From: Syntrophales bacterium
Lineage (GTDB): Bacteria; Desulfobacterota; Syntrophia; Syntrophales; UBA2210
DNA: 64,000 nt
Assembly: GCA_963662405.2 (NCBI GenBank)
Contig: CAXXKT010000001.1
Span: 896,001-960,000, forward strand
Direction: 5' to 3'
The translations under genes and the position numbers were made by a program. Positions 10,330-19,406 of the stretch are shown here, piece after piece. Each line of letters begins with the position of its first letter. The first letter of the stretch is position 1. The notes beneath the pieces are model-generated. The model ran no database searches. It was not told the DNA's origin and worked only from the letters and a program-made list of their open reading frames with translations.

Positions 10330-10700
10330 AAACCATACGATGCTCCCCGCTTCTTGCAATGCGTAAAAAACGTATGCACCATACGTCATACATCACAGAA
10401 AAAACGGTCTCGCTCCTGTCGCAAAGGGATTAATGGGGGCAAACCACCGGAACCGTTTCCAGAAGGACGTGCCGGAAGAGTTCGTCTCCATTGATCACTC
10501 AAAGATTTCCAAGAATCTAAGCTGTTTGTTTAAAATCAAAGAGCAGCACGTTGTGGCCGTCCGTGATGATTACCTCAGACGAGCTTACGGGGAAATCAAA
10601 CATCCATACACGGTCGCACAGACCACGGACGAACGGAGAGATTGAAGCCTTCAGACGCGTATTGAAACGGGAAACCTTCTTCCCATATTCCTTCTCATTT
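10330..10700 (+). mobile_element. Degenerate IS481-like DDE transposase remnant
   Basis: Fragments in two frames: RFQKDVPEEFVSIDHSK...VAVRDDYLRRAYGEI and HTRSHRPRTNGEIEAFRRVLKRE; these resemble the IS481 motifs PGELxHID / DDxSRxAYAE and TRPYxPQTNGKxERF. Boundaries approximate. Confidence 0.65.
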
Positions 10701-11065
10701 GTTCCTTACTATCTTTTCAATCAGTCCTCGGTCATTGCCTGCAAGACAGCACCACGGTTATTACCCGCATCTCTCAACCTTGGAGCGAATCCCTTTTCGT
10801 CCCCTTGGCAATGATGGATTTCTGATATAGGAGCTTGATATATATTGCAAGAGAAAAAGAGGTCCCTCGGGAGCTATAGTCTACAGGAGCAGACAGGGCG
10901 TGATGTCTTGCTTGTGTGATACCCCGTCCTTTTCTGACGGGACGATTCCCCCTTTTTTGCTTTTTTGCACCGGGATCACCACACCCTCCGCCGTTCAAAC
11001 GAAGGGTACCCATCCTCCTTTTTGTCAAAGGGGAACGGGAACGTTCCTCCGGGTTTCCGCCGATC

Positions 11066-11572
11066 TTACAGCCCCTCTTCCTTGTACTTCAGGGCGGCGG
11101 CCCAGTATCCCTCGATGTCCTCCTTGAGTCGGTGGATCTGCTCGTCGGTCACCTCCCCCCGGATGGTGGCGGGAGTGCCGACGACAAAAGAGCGCGGGGG
11201 AATGATCGTGTCCGGCGTGACGAGGCAGCCCGCCCCGATGATGCACGAATCGCCGATCACGGCCCGGTCGAGGACGGTGGCGCCACTTCCGATGAGGACG
11301 TTGTTTCCGATCTTCCCGCAGTGAACAACGGCGCCGTGCCCCACGATGATATAGTCGCCCATGACAAGGGGGGTGCCGCAGTGGACCACGCAGTTGTCTT
11401 CGAGGTGGACGTACTTGCCGATCGTCACCGGGGCGTAGTCGCCCCGGATGACCGCCCCCGGCCAGACGGATGAGTGACCGCCGATCTCGACGTTTCCCAC
11501 GACGTACGCGGCCTCACTGATAAAGGCCGGTTCTCCTATCCGCGGCGCCTTTCCCCCGAAGATCCTGATCAT
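11066..11572 (-). CDS. Gamma carbonic anhydrase family protein (YrdA/CaiE-like)
   Basis: Hexapeptide repeats, WPGAVIRGD, three His ligands (VVHC, VGHGAVVH). Confidence 0.92.
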   Translation of the reverse strand: MIRIFGGKAPRIGEPAFISEAAYVVGNVEIGGHSSVWPGAVIRGDYAPVTIGKYVHLEDNCVVHCGTPLVMGDYIIVGHGAVVHCGKIGNNVLIGSGATVLDRAVIGDSCIIGAGCLVTPDTIIPPRSFVVGTPATIRGEVTDEQIHRLKEDIEGYWAAALKYKEEGL

Positions 11573-11611
11573 ATTGTTTTCCTTTGGTTATTGTCTGAAC
11601 AGTACCGGGGG

Positions 11612-12607
11612 TCAGGCCGGGACGAAATCGGCGGCCCGGGCCTCCACCAGCCGCATGGCCTCCGTGGGACAGGTGACGGTGCACACGCCGCAGCCCAGAC
11701 ACTTTTCCTCGTCTACTATTGCCAGGTCGTCATCATCAATGGTGATGGCGTCGAAGAAACACCGGTCGACACAGGCCTCACAGCCCGTGCACAGATCGTG
11801 GTCAACGACGGCCTTGAAGCGGCTGGGGGCGACCCATTTCTTCGGCCCGTTCATAACTGACCAGTTCAGGCAACAGTCCCGGCAGCAGTTGCAGATGACG
11901 TGCCCCACTACCTGACGGTTGTCGGCGACATGCACGAGTCCCTCTTCCTCGCACATCTTCAGGATGTCGACGGCCTCTTTCTTTGACAGGGGCCTCCCCG
12001 TCCCCCGTTCTATGTTGTACTCAGCGGCACGATCCACCTGCATGCAGACCTCCAGCGGTTTTCCGCAGGCACCGTCGATGACGCGGCAGGAGCAGTTGGT
12101 AACGCTCAGGATCTTTGCATCCTCAATAATTTTGATCACATCATCATAGGCGAGTATCTGCGATTCCGGTTCGACACTCTCGTTGACCGGTATCACCCGC
12201 ATGATGGAGCCGGGAAGCATCTCCATGATCTTTCCACCGTATTCCGGCCATTCCGTCTTCATGTACTCTTTCCAGAGTTCCAGGATGTCCTTCGATATGC
12301 CGGGGGTCAGAGAGGTGGAGTCGTGCATCTGCGGGACGCTCTTCACGCGATAGTATTTGATCTCCTCACCCTTCGTCGATTTGAAAATGAGTCCCCGCTG
12401 GAAGAGCGAATCCATCATGGTGGCGATCGTGTCAGGTGAAAGACCCGTCTTGCCGGCAAGCTCCCCCACCGTCGCCGGCGGCGCCGCCGCGAGGAGGACC
12501 TTCGCCTCATCGCCGTTGACGAGCGCTTCGAATATTCGGGGCATCAGGGGAGAATTCCCCGCACCAATCCCTTCGGCCAATTGCCTGCACAGTTCCCTAT
12601 ACGCCAT
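11612..12607 (-). CDS. Cys-rich protein with N-terminal wHTH-like region and C-terminal 2x[4Fe-4S] ferredoxin (paralog 1)
   Basis: NCSCR, CGKPLEVC, GLVH, ICNCCRDCC, CTGCEACVDRC, CLGCGVCTVTCP. Confidence 0.88.
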   Translation of the reverse strand: MAYRELCRQLAEGIGAGNSPLMPRIFEALVNGDEAKVLLAAAPPATVGELAGKTGLSPDTIATMMDSLFQRGLIFKSTKGEEIKYYRVKSVPQMHDSTSLTPGISKDILELWKEYMKTEWPEYGGKIMEMLPGSIMRVIPVNESVEPESQILAYDDVIKIIEDAKILSVTNCSCRVIDGACGKPLEVCMQVDRAAEYNIERGTGRPLSKKEAVDILKMCEEEGLVHVADNRQVVGHVICNCCRDCCLNWSVMNGPKKWVAPSRFKAVVDHDLCTGCEACVDRCFFDAITIDDDDLAIVDEEKCLGCGVCTVTCPTEAMRLVEARAADFVPA

Positions 12608-12825
12608 TTATGTTCCCCCCTTCATGGTCTGATACAACGAGTATCGAAAAAAACGAGAGGCATGTCAAGGGTAATAGGTTGAAAGAAGGCCGGATCGCAC
12701 CGGTTGACCCCACACACAACAAGTAAAATCTTGAAATATTCCCTCCATGATATAGGATAACTATCGAGTGAAGCACCTGCCGGCTATCCGGCGGCAGGCC
12801 GAAAAGAAAAAGGGTCAGAGATCAC

Positions 12826-13176
12826 ATGCACGAGCTTCCCATTACCGAGAGTATCCTGCGAGTCGTCCTGAGACACGCAGAGAGTCAGAACGTCCGCAGG
12901 GTGGTAACCATCCGCCTGCAGATCGGCAGGCTCAGCGATCTGGAAGACGAATGGATTCAGCGGTATTTCGATTACCTGAGCAAGGGGACCATCGCCGAAG
13001 GGGCACGGCTGGAGATCGAGCGGACACCTATTGTGATACAGTGCGGCTCCTGCGGCACCTCCTACGAGACGGAGACGGGGCGGGCGGATGCCCTGATCTG
13101 CCCCGACTGCGGGGAGAGGGGCGGCACCCTCCTCTCCGGGAGAGAATACCATATCAAGGAGATGGAGGTACAATAA
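12826..13176 (+). CDS. hypA: Nickel metallochaperone HypA
   Basis: N-terminal MHE Ni site; CGSC and CPDC Zn pairs; SGRE near the C-terminus. Confidence 0.95.
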   Translation: MHELPITESILRVVLRHAESQNVRRVVTIRLQIGRLSDLEDEWIQRYFDYLSKGTIAEGARLEIERTPIVIQCGSCGTSYETETGRADALICPDCGERGGTLLSGREYHIKEMEVQ

Positions 13177-13865
13177 TGGGGGATGAGATACGGCTCATTG
13201 AGGTGAAGGAGGAGATCCTCTCCGATAACATCAGACTGGCCGACGAGGTCAGGGAGAACTTCCGGGAAAAGAAGACGATGCTCCTCAATCTCATGTCTTC
13301 ACCGGGGTCGGGGAAAACAAGTCTCATTCTCCGCACGATCGAGGGACTGAAGGATGCGGTGCGGCTGGGCGTTATCGAGGCGGATATCGATTCCACGGTC
13401 GATGCGGAGAAGGTCGCCGCCGTGGGTGTACCCGCCATCCAGCTCAGGACGGGGGGATTCTGTCACCTCGATGCGGCCATGGTCACCAAGGGAATCGAAG
13501 CCATGGAGGCGGAGGCACTCGACCTGATCATCATCGAAAATGTGGGGAACCTGGTCTGTCCCGCCGAATTCGACACGGGGGCCCACAAAAACGTGATGAT
13601 CCTGAGTGTCCCCGAGGGGGACGACAAGCCCCTCAAGTACCCCCTGATGTTTTCCATATGCGACCTCCTCCTGGTCAATAAAATCGATTACCTTGCAGTG
13701 AGCGACTTCGACATGGCCGCCCTGCGAAAGCGGGTGACGGCCCTGAATCCCCGGATCACCATCCTGGAGGTATCCTGCACGACCGGGGCGGGTATCGAGG
13801 AATGGATTGACTGGCTGAAGGGTGAGGTGAAGACGTTCGCCGGGATCACCGCTGGAGCACCGTGA
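13176..13865 (+). CDS. hypB: Nickel-insertion GTPase HypB
   Basis: TAATG coupling to hypA; SSPGSGKT, GFCHLDA, ENVGNLVCPAEF, EGDDKPLKYP, NKID. Confidence 0.95.
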   Translation: MGDEIRLIEVKEEILSDNIRLADEVRENFREKKTMLLNLMSSPGSGKTSLILRTIEGLKDAVRLGVIEADIDSTVDAEKVAAVGVPAIQLRTGGFCHLDAAMVTKGIEAMEAEALDLIIIENVGNLVCPAEFDTGAHKNVMILSVPEGDDKPLKYPLMFSICDLLLVNKIDYLAVSDFDMAALRKRVTALNPRITILEVSCTTGAGIEEWIDWLKGEVKTFAGITAGAP

Positions 13866-14928
13866 GGAAGGATTCGAGCTTTCCCTTCTCTTCGGCCATC
13901 TTCATTGTCAGCTCCTGGGCGGTGGCAAAGACCTCCGGGGGCTCTTCCCGTTTCACCAGTTCGATGGCATCGACGGGACAGGCCGAGACACACAGGCCGC
14001 ACCCGATACACCGTTCGGGGATCAGGACCGCCACGTCGTCGAGAATCTCGATCGCTTTCATGGGACAGCGCTCATCGGCACAGATCCCGCACCCCGTGCA
14101 CCCGTCGGTATCGATTTGTGCCTCATAGGTGCTGGTGGCGAAGGCGTGGGGGTTATTCTGCTCGGTCCTGCCGCGCAGGATTGAACAGCAACAGGGGCAG
14201 CAGTTGCAGATAAGATTCGCCCTGTCCGCACTGTTGTTGCTGGTATGGACAAGCCCCGCCTCTTCGCAGAGATCGAGGACCCGCATCGCTTCTTCCTTGC
14301 TGATTTCCCGGGAAAATCCCCGTTCCACGAGGAAGCGGCCCATGTCGCCGAAGGACAGGCAGACCTCCAGGGGGGCATCGCACCTTTTGAGACTGACCCG
14401 GCAGGCGCAGTTGGTGAGCGCCCGGTAGTCCGTTTCTCCGATCAGGCGCGCGACCTCTTCATAGGGGTGGACATGTGTCTTGGAAGTAAGGGCTTTTTCG
14501 ACGGGGATGACCCGCATCGCGGGGGAAGGGTTGCCGCTGAATGCCTCTCCCAGGGCCTCCCGGTGATACTCCTCCCAGAGACTCCCCAGCTTCTCCTGCA
14601 TCGGACCGGTCTCACCCCGCATGAAGGGAAACTCAAAGAGCCCCGGTATGGTCGGCAGGAGACCGTATGCACGCATCCCTTTTTTATCACGGGAGAAGAT
14701 GACACCGCGATCGCACAAGGTCTCGAGCATATCCCTTACCGTATCGGCGGGGAGATCCGCCGCTTCCGCTATCATTTCAGCTGTCTTGGGCCTGAAGCTC
14801 ATGCGGACTGCCACGGACGCCTCTTCGGGGGTGTAGAGGATTTTCAGTATCTCGTCAAAGGTTCCCGTTTGGGGGGCTCCCGATGGGTGTGTGTCAAGAA
14901 TTTGCCTGAGTTCCTCATAGACGTTCAT
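13846..14928 (-). CDS. Cys-rich wHTH / 2x[4Fe-4S] protein (paralog 2)
   Basis: NCACR, CDAPLEVC, GLVH, ICNCCPCCC, CTGCGIC, CIGCGLCVSACP; 20-bp convergent overlap with hypB. Confidence 0.88.
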   Translation of the reverse strand: MNVYEELRQILDTHPSGAPQTGTFDEILKILYTPEEASVAVRMSFRPKTAEMIAEAADLPADTVRDMLETLCDRGVIFSRDKKGMRAYGLLPTIPGLFEFPFMRGETGPMQEKLGSLWEEYHREALGEAFSGNPSPAMRVIPVEKALTSKTHVHPYEEVARLIGETDYRALTNCACRVSLKRCDAPLEVCLSFGDMGRFLVERGFSREISKEEAMRVLDLCEEAGLVHTSNNSADRANLICNCCPCCCSILRGRTEQNNPHAFATSTYEAQIDTDGCTGCGICADERCPMKAIEILDDVAVLIPERCIGCGLCVSACPVDAIELVKREEPPEVFATAQELTMKMAEEKGKLESFLTVLQR

Positions 14929-14967
14929 TGCGTGACTCCTGTCGGAAAGACTTGTAGTGCCGAACCG

Positions 14968-15864
14968 TTACGCCAGGCAGTAGATACTATCCTCCTGCCG
15001 GATGGTCCCCCGGTCCTCAAGGCGCCGGAGGTGCTTGTCCATCATTATCCGTTCGCTCAGTTCCAATTCCCAGGCTCCGCCGGAGACGCTCCGCCCCCCG
15101 TATATGATCCCTTCTGCGGTGATCTCGTCCAGGTTCTTGGGCCCTGACGCCAGGAGGGCCAGCAACCGCTCCTCTCTGGTGTAGATGACGTCCAGGTACC
15201 GTTGAATATGTATCGGGTCGGCTTCGATGACCCCCTCTCTCCCGTGGGCCACCAGATATGTGTCCACATCAATTGCCGCCACCCGCTGCAGTGATGCGAT
15301 CGTGTCATCGATGCTGGACCCTTTATCGCCGTAGTAGGGACCGAATTTCACCAGATCCAGATCCGCCAGATAGATGACCCGCTCTTCGGGAAAGTGAAAT
15401 GAGAGGTGCCCCGGGCTGTGACCGGGGGTGTGCAGGACCCGGGCTCGGGTCTGCCCGAAGATGAGGAGATCCCCATCGTCCAGCAACCGGTCCGGTTCCC
15501 GGGGTTGATACCGAACGACCTCGGCAAAAAATGCGCCCCAGGCTGCCTGAGTTTTTTCGTCGACACACCCGGATTCATAAAACTGATCGTAGAAGGCTTC
15601 GATATCTCTGAACCCGGCCGCTTCGAGCCTGGGGACCCAGAGATCGGCGTCCGGAAAACGGGAATTGAGGAGGAAGTGGTCCTCGTGACAATGGCTGTTG
15701 ATGATGACCTGGATCGGACGCTGCCGGTGAATTGTCAGGAGTTTCTTCTCATCGCTCGCCGGATCGATAACGGCCCGGATCTCATCGTCGATAAAAACGG
15801 AATGACAGGTGGGATACTTTCCCCCACGGATGAACCGGATCTTGCCTGCCTCAAAATCAAACAT
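14968..15864 (-). CDS. MBL-fold metallo-hydrolase
   Basis: SHCHEDH, TPGHSPGH, VAHG; start placed at ATG 15864 after GGAG. Confidence 0.88.
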   Translation of the reverse strand: MFDFEAGKIRFIRGGKYPTCHSVFIDDEIRAVIDPASDEKKLLTIHRQRPIQVIINSHCHEDHFLLNSRFPDADLWVPRLEAAGFRDIEAFYDQFYESGCVDEKTQAAWGAFFAEVVRYQPREPDRLLDDGDLLIFGQTRARVLHTPGHSPGHLSFHFPEERVIYLADLDLVKFGPYYGDKGSSIDDTIASLQRVAAIDVDTYLVAHGREGVIEADPIHIQRYLDVIYTREERLLALLASGPKNLDEITAEGIIYGGRSVSGGAWELELSERIMMDKHLRRLEDRGTIRQEDSIYCLA

Positions 15865-16014
15865 CGTGTGCTCCATCTTCCCCGACAGAGAGTACGGATG
15901 GCTGCCTCCCCGTATCGGTAAACCATCAAGAGGGTTTTGGTTTTGATAATGAGATATAGGACGGACACCTTTGTCTGTCAACGGAATAATGACCGCACAC
16001 GACGTGTGGAAACG

Positions 16015-17100
16015 CTACTTGAATTCGGAGAAGTCGATCCCCCGCATGCGACCCCGTTCCTCAAACCAGTCATCCTCCGTGAGGGGGGGCGTCACGATTT
16101 CGTCCGGGGTCCGGCGGACCAGGCGAACGGCATCCACGGGGCAGGTGCTGATACACAGGCCGCAGCCGATACACCGCTCCGGCACGATTGTATACCTATT
16201 GTGCTCTTCGACGATGGCGTCCACCTGGCACCGTTCCTCGGCGCACAGGCCGCAGGCGGTGCACGCTTCACTATTAATCTCGGCGTAATAATGGGAGTTG
16301 ATGACGAGGGAAGCCGGAATGCCCAGTTCGGTGATGGAGCGCAGGATACCGCAGCAGCACTTGCAACAGTTGCAGATGTAGATCTGGCCCACCTGGACGT
16401 TCATCGTGAGGTGAACGAGGGCCGCCTCTTCCGCGTTTTTCAAGAGATCGTACGCCTCTTCCTTTGAGATGACCCGACCGGTGGGAGAATCGTCGAACAC
16501 GCCGGGGACGGGAGCGATCGCGAGACAAACCTCGGTCGGCCTGTCGCAGGGATACCCCAGAAGCCCCCGCTCCTTCTTGCAGATACATTCGCTGACACGG
16601 AACGATTGGTTGGCGTCGATAAGCGACGAGACCTTCTCATAGGGGAGGGCCTCCTGATGGGCGGGGATGGTCTCTTCCACGGCGAGGGTCTGCATGAGCT
16701 GCGGCTTCTGCGCGGTGAATTGCCGGGAATAGGCGGGATGATATGCCTCGCTCAGTTCGGCGAGTTCCCGGTCGAGGCGACCCAATTGAAACTCGTAGAT
16801 CCCGAAGACCCAGGGGAGCATCCGGAAAAACCGGGTGCCCCCCAGATCGAGCATGAAGACCTGCCCCTTCTCCGCCATGGTGGCCAGCATCTCTTCCAAC
16901 CCTTCCACCGGAAGAGCTGTCCGCTCGGCGATCTGCGCGGCGGTCTCGAAGGTCAGACGGAGCCGGCAGAAGAGATCGGCCTCTTCGGGGGTAAAGATCT
17001 TTTTCAGGATCCGGATCTCGACGCCGCTCTCCGTTGCCGGGAATCCGTTGGGGAGGGTATCCAGGACCTCCGCCAGCCTGTGGTAGAATTCGTCATGCAC
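16015..17100 (-). CDS. Cys-rich wHTH / 2x[4Fe-4S] protein (paralog 3)
   Basis: ECICK, CDRPTEVC, ALVH, ICNCCKCCC, CTACGLC, CIGCGLCISTCP. Confidence 0.88.
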   Translation of the reverse strand: MHDEFYHRLAEVLDTLPNGFPATESGVEIRILKKIFTPEEADLFCRLRLTFETAAQIAERTALPVEGLEEMLATMAEKGQVFMLDLGGTRFFRMLPWVFGIYEFQLGRLDRELAELSEAYHPAYSRQFTAQKPQLMQTLAVEETIPAHQEALPYEKVSSLIDANQSFRVSECICKKERGLLGYPCDRPTEVCLAIAPVPGVFDDSPTGRVISKEEAYDLLKNAEEAALVHLTMNVQVGQIYICNCCKCCCGILRSITELGIPASLVINSHYYAEINSEACTACGLCAEERCQVDAIVEEHNRYTIVPERCIGCGLCISTCPVDAVRLVRRTPDEIVTPPLTEDDWFEERGRMRGIDFSEFK

Positions 17101-17111
17101 GAGATCGTCCT

Positions 17112-18716
17112 TTACCCCAGTTTCCGCAGATTTCTGCGCAGTGTCTTTCCGAGGGCGCTCTTGGGAAGCTCGTCCATGAACTGGATCGCCTTCGGCCTCT
17201 TGTAGGTGGGGAGGTGCTCCCGGCAGAAACCCATGATGTCTTCCTCGCAGACCGCGCCGGGGGTCTTGAGGGTGACGAATGCCTTGACCACCTCGCCGTA
17301 CACGGGATCGGGGATACCGACCACCCCTGCCTCCAGGACCTCCGGGTGCATATGGAGGATATTTTCTATCTCCTTCGGGTAGATGTTCTCTCCCCCCCGG
17401 ATGATGAGGTCCTTCTTCCGGTCCGTGACGTAGAGGTAGTCGTCTTCGTCCATGTACCCCACATCGCCGGTATGGAGCCAGCCGTCCCGCAGCGCCTCGG
17501 CCGTCTCCTTCGGCTTGTTCCAGTACCCCTTCATGACACCGGGGCCCTTGATGACGATCTCGCCGATCTCTCCCCGGGGGACTTGCCGGTCGTCTTCATC
17601 GAATATCCTGATCGTGTTGCACTTCTGGTAACACTTGCCGATGGAGCCGTACTTGGGTGGGCGCCTCCCGGCCACGTTACCACAGTTGACGGTCGTCGCC
17701 TCGCTGAGGCCGTACCCCTCCCAGATATCGATCCCGTACCGCTCCTGCCACTGGCGGGCTACCTCCATCGGCATGGGGGCCGAGCCGCAGATACAGGTCT
17801 GCAGGGAGCTCAGGTCGTATTGAGCGGCGGCGGGGTGGTTCAGGAGCTGGATATACATGGTCGGGACACCGCGAAAATCCGTGACCCTGAATTGTTCGAT
17901 GCAGCGCATCGCCTCTTCGGCGTCCCATCGGTCGATAACAACAAGCTTCCCCCCCGTCAAAAACTCGAGACTCAGGGCGAAGACCCCGTAGCCGTGGAAG
18001 AGGGGAAGGGTGATGAGGGAGACACGGTCCCGGCTAACGCCGTACACCGCCATCTCCCGATCCCCGATCTTCCCCCGCCGTGCGTCTTCCTCCAGGACCG
18101 CTCCCCGCGCCGTGACCCCCCACGCATCGAGGAGGACCTGGTCGTAGTACCCCGTCACATGGGTGTACCAGTTGTAGTGTGTCAGCATCACCCCCTTGGG
18201 GTTCCCCGTGGTGCCGGCGGTGTAGATCATCACGGCCGTGTCGTCGTTGTCCGTGTCCTCCGGGGCCAGCGCGTCCGACTGTCCCTCCAGGATGGCGTCA
18301 AAGGAGAGGGCGTCTTCGGGAATTGCCTCCCCGGTCAGGATGATGTGCCGCAGCGCTTCCGCCCCTGCCCGGGCCTGATTGATGGTATCGATGTAGTCGG
18401 CGGTGCTGATGAGGGCGACCAGACCTGCGTCCTTGTACAGATAGGCAAGGTCACTTACGCGGAGCGACGGGTTGATGGGAACTATGATCGCCCCGATCTT
18501 GAAGGTGGCGAAGAACGCCTGCAACAGTTGCGGGCAATTGAGCATCTGAACACCGACCCGGTCTTCCCTCTTGACCCCCAGATCCTTCAGGGCATTCCCC
18601 AGCCTGTTCGCGATCCGGTTCATCTCGACGTTTGTGTGCCACCGCCCTCCGAACCAGACAAAATCATATTCACCAAACCTGGTGATGTTGTCGTCAGCCA
18701 GTCTCCCGATATTCAT
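17112..18716 (-). CDS. AMP-forming acyl-CoA ligase (long-chain fatty acid--CoA ligase family)
   Basis: YTAGTTGNPKG, EGYGLSE, WLHTGD, DRKKDLIIRGGENIYP, PKSALGK. Confidence 0.93.
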   Translation of the reverse strand: MNIGRLADDNITRFGEYDFVWFGGRWHTNVEMNRIANRLGNALKDLGVKREDRVGVQMLNCPQLLQAFFATFKIGAIIVPINPSLRVSDLAYLYKDAGLVALISTADYIDTINQARAGAEALRHIILTGEAIPEDALSFDAILEGQSDALAPEDTDNDDTAVMIYTAGTTGNPKGVMLTHYNWYTHVTGYYDQVLLDAWGVTARGAVLEEDARRGKIGDREMAVYGVSRDRVSLITLPLFHGYGVFALSLEFLTGGKLVVIDRWDAEEAMRCIEQFRVTDFRGVPTMYIQLLNHPAAAQYDLSSLQTCICGSAPMPMEVARQWQERYGIDIWEGYGLSEATTVNCGNVAGRRPPKYGSIGKCYQKCNTIRIFDEDDRQVPRGEIGEIVIKGPGVMKGYWNKPKETAEALRDGWLHTGDVGYMDEDDYLYVTDRKKDLIIRGGENIYPKEIENILHMHPEVLEAGVVGIPDPVYGEVVKAFVTLKTPGAVCEEDIMGFCREHLPTYKRPKAIQFMDELPKSALGKTLRRNLRKLG

Positions 18717-18889
18717 TATCGTGTTTCCTTCCTCGTTCTGTAAAATCCATGGTGAATACCGCTACCCGTCACACGGGATATATGCTTTTCACATCGTCTC
18801 CACACCCGTGCACCCACTCATGGATGAACCAGGATATCGTCCCGGGAATCTAACCCCGAGCATATAACGGGAGAACCACGTTGCGTTCC

Positions 18890-19100
18890 TCGGGACACTT
18901 TCACCGTCGGTCCGGTTGAGAAGGGCGTTCTGGAAAGGCGGGAGCAAAAGAAACCGATGATATCCGAGAGACAGAAGCACCTCATCACCAAAGCAGGGGT
19001 CAAAGAGGAGATCAGGAATCGGGGCCGAGGTCTCGCGCCGGATAGCGATATCCGCCCCCCTGTGACATCGCCCTTATCACCCTGGTCAATTCATCCGGTT
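18890..19100 (+). pseudogene. Decayed partial copy of the downstream GPP34-like gene
   Basis: 18921-18954 matches 19728-19761 at 33/34 nt, and similarity continues to about 19100; no intact full-length ORF. Confidence 0.8.
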
Positions 19101-19406
19101 GAATTTTTCGATCAGGTCCAGAGCGGATTGCGGGACGTCCCCCATCGTCACCTCTTCCTTTCAGTTCAATCCGGCAGCGATGCCCGTGAGAAGCTTCATA
19201 GATCAGTCGCAAACAATCATAATACAATCGGTATGATTTGGCAATTGCATTGTGCCCCGGCGATGTGGTGTGAAACGGGCACGGGGTGGAAAAGCCGAAC
19301 GGTCAAGAGGTACATGAGGAGGATGGAATATGGAGAACACCTTTGATTTTTTCAAATATAATTGTTTTGTCATATCTGTTTCTGATATGGTGGCCGCCGT
19401 GAGGTG

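Noticed and set aside
10435..10480. GGGCAAACC resembling a c-di-GMP-I riboswitch
   Set aside because: No GNRA-capped P2 or downstream GCAAA/P3; lies within the IS481-like remnant
12768..13865. 365-aa ORF suggesting an extended or HypA-fused HypB
   Set aside because: The upstream part overlaps hypA in another frame and has no motifs; TAATG coupling supports a start at 13176
11612..17100. Selenocysteine read-through in the Fe-S paralogs
   Set aside because: All Cys motifs are complete, and the stop codons fall after the ferredoxin domain at natural ends
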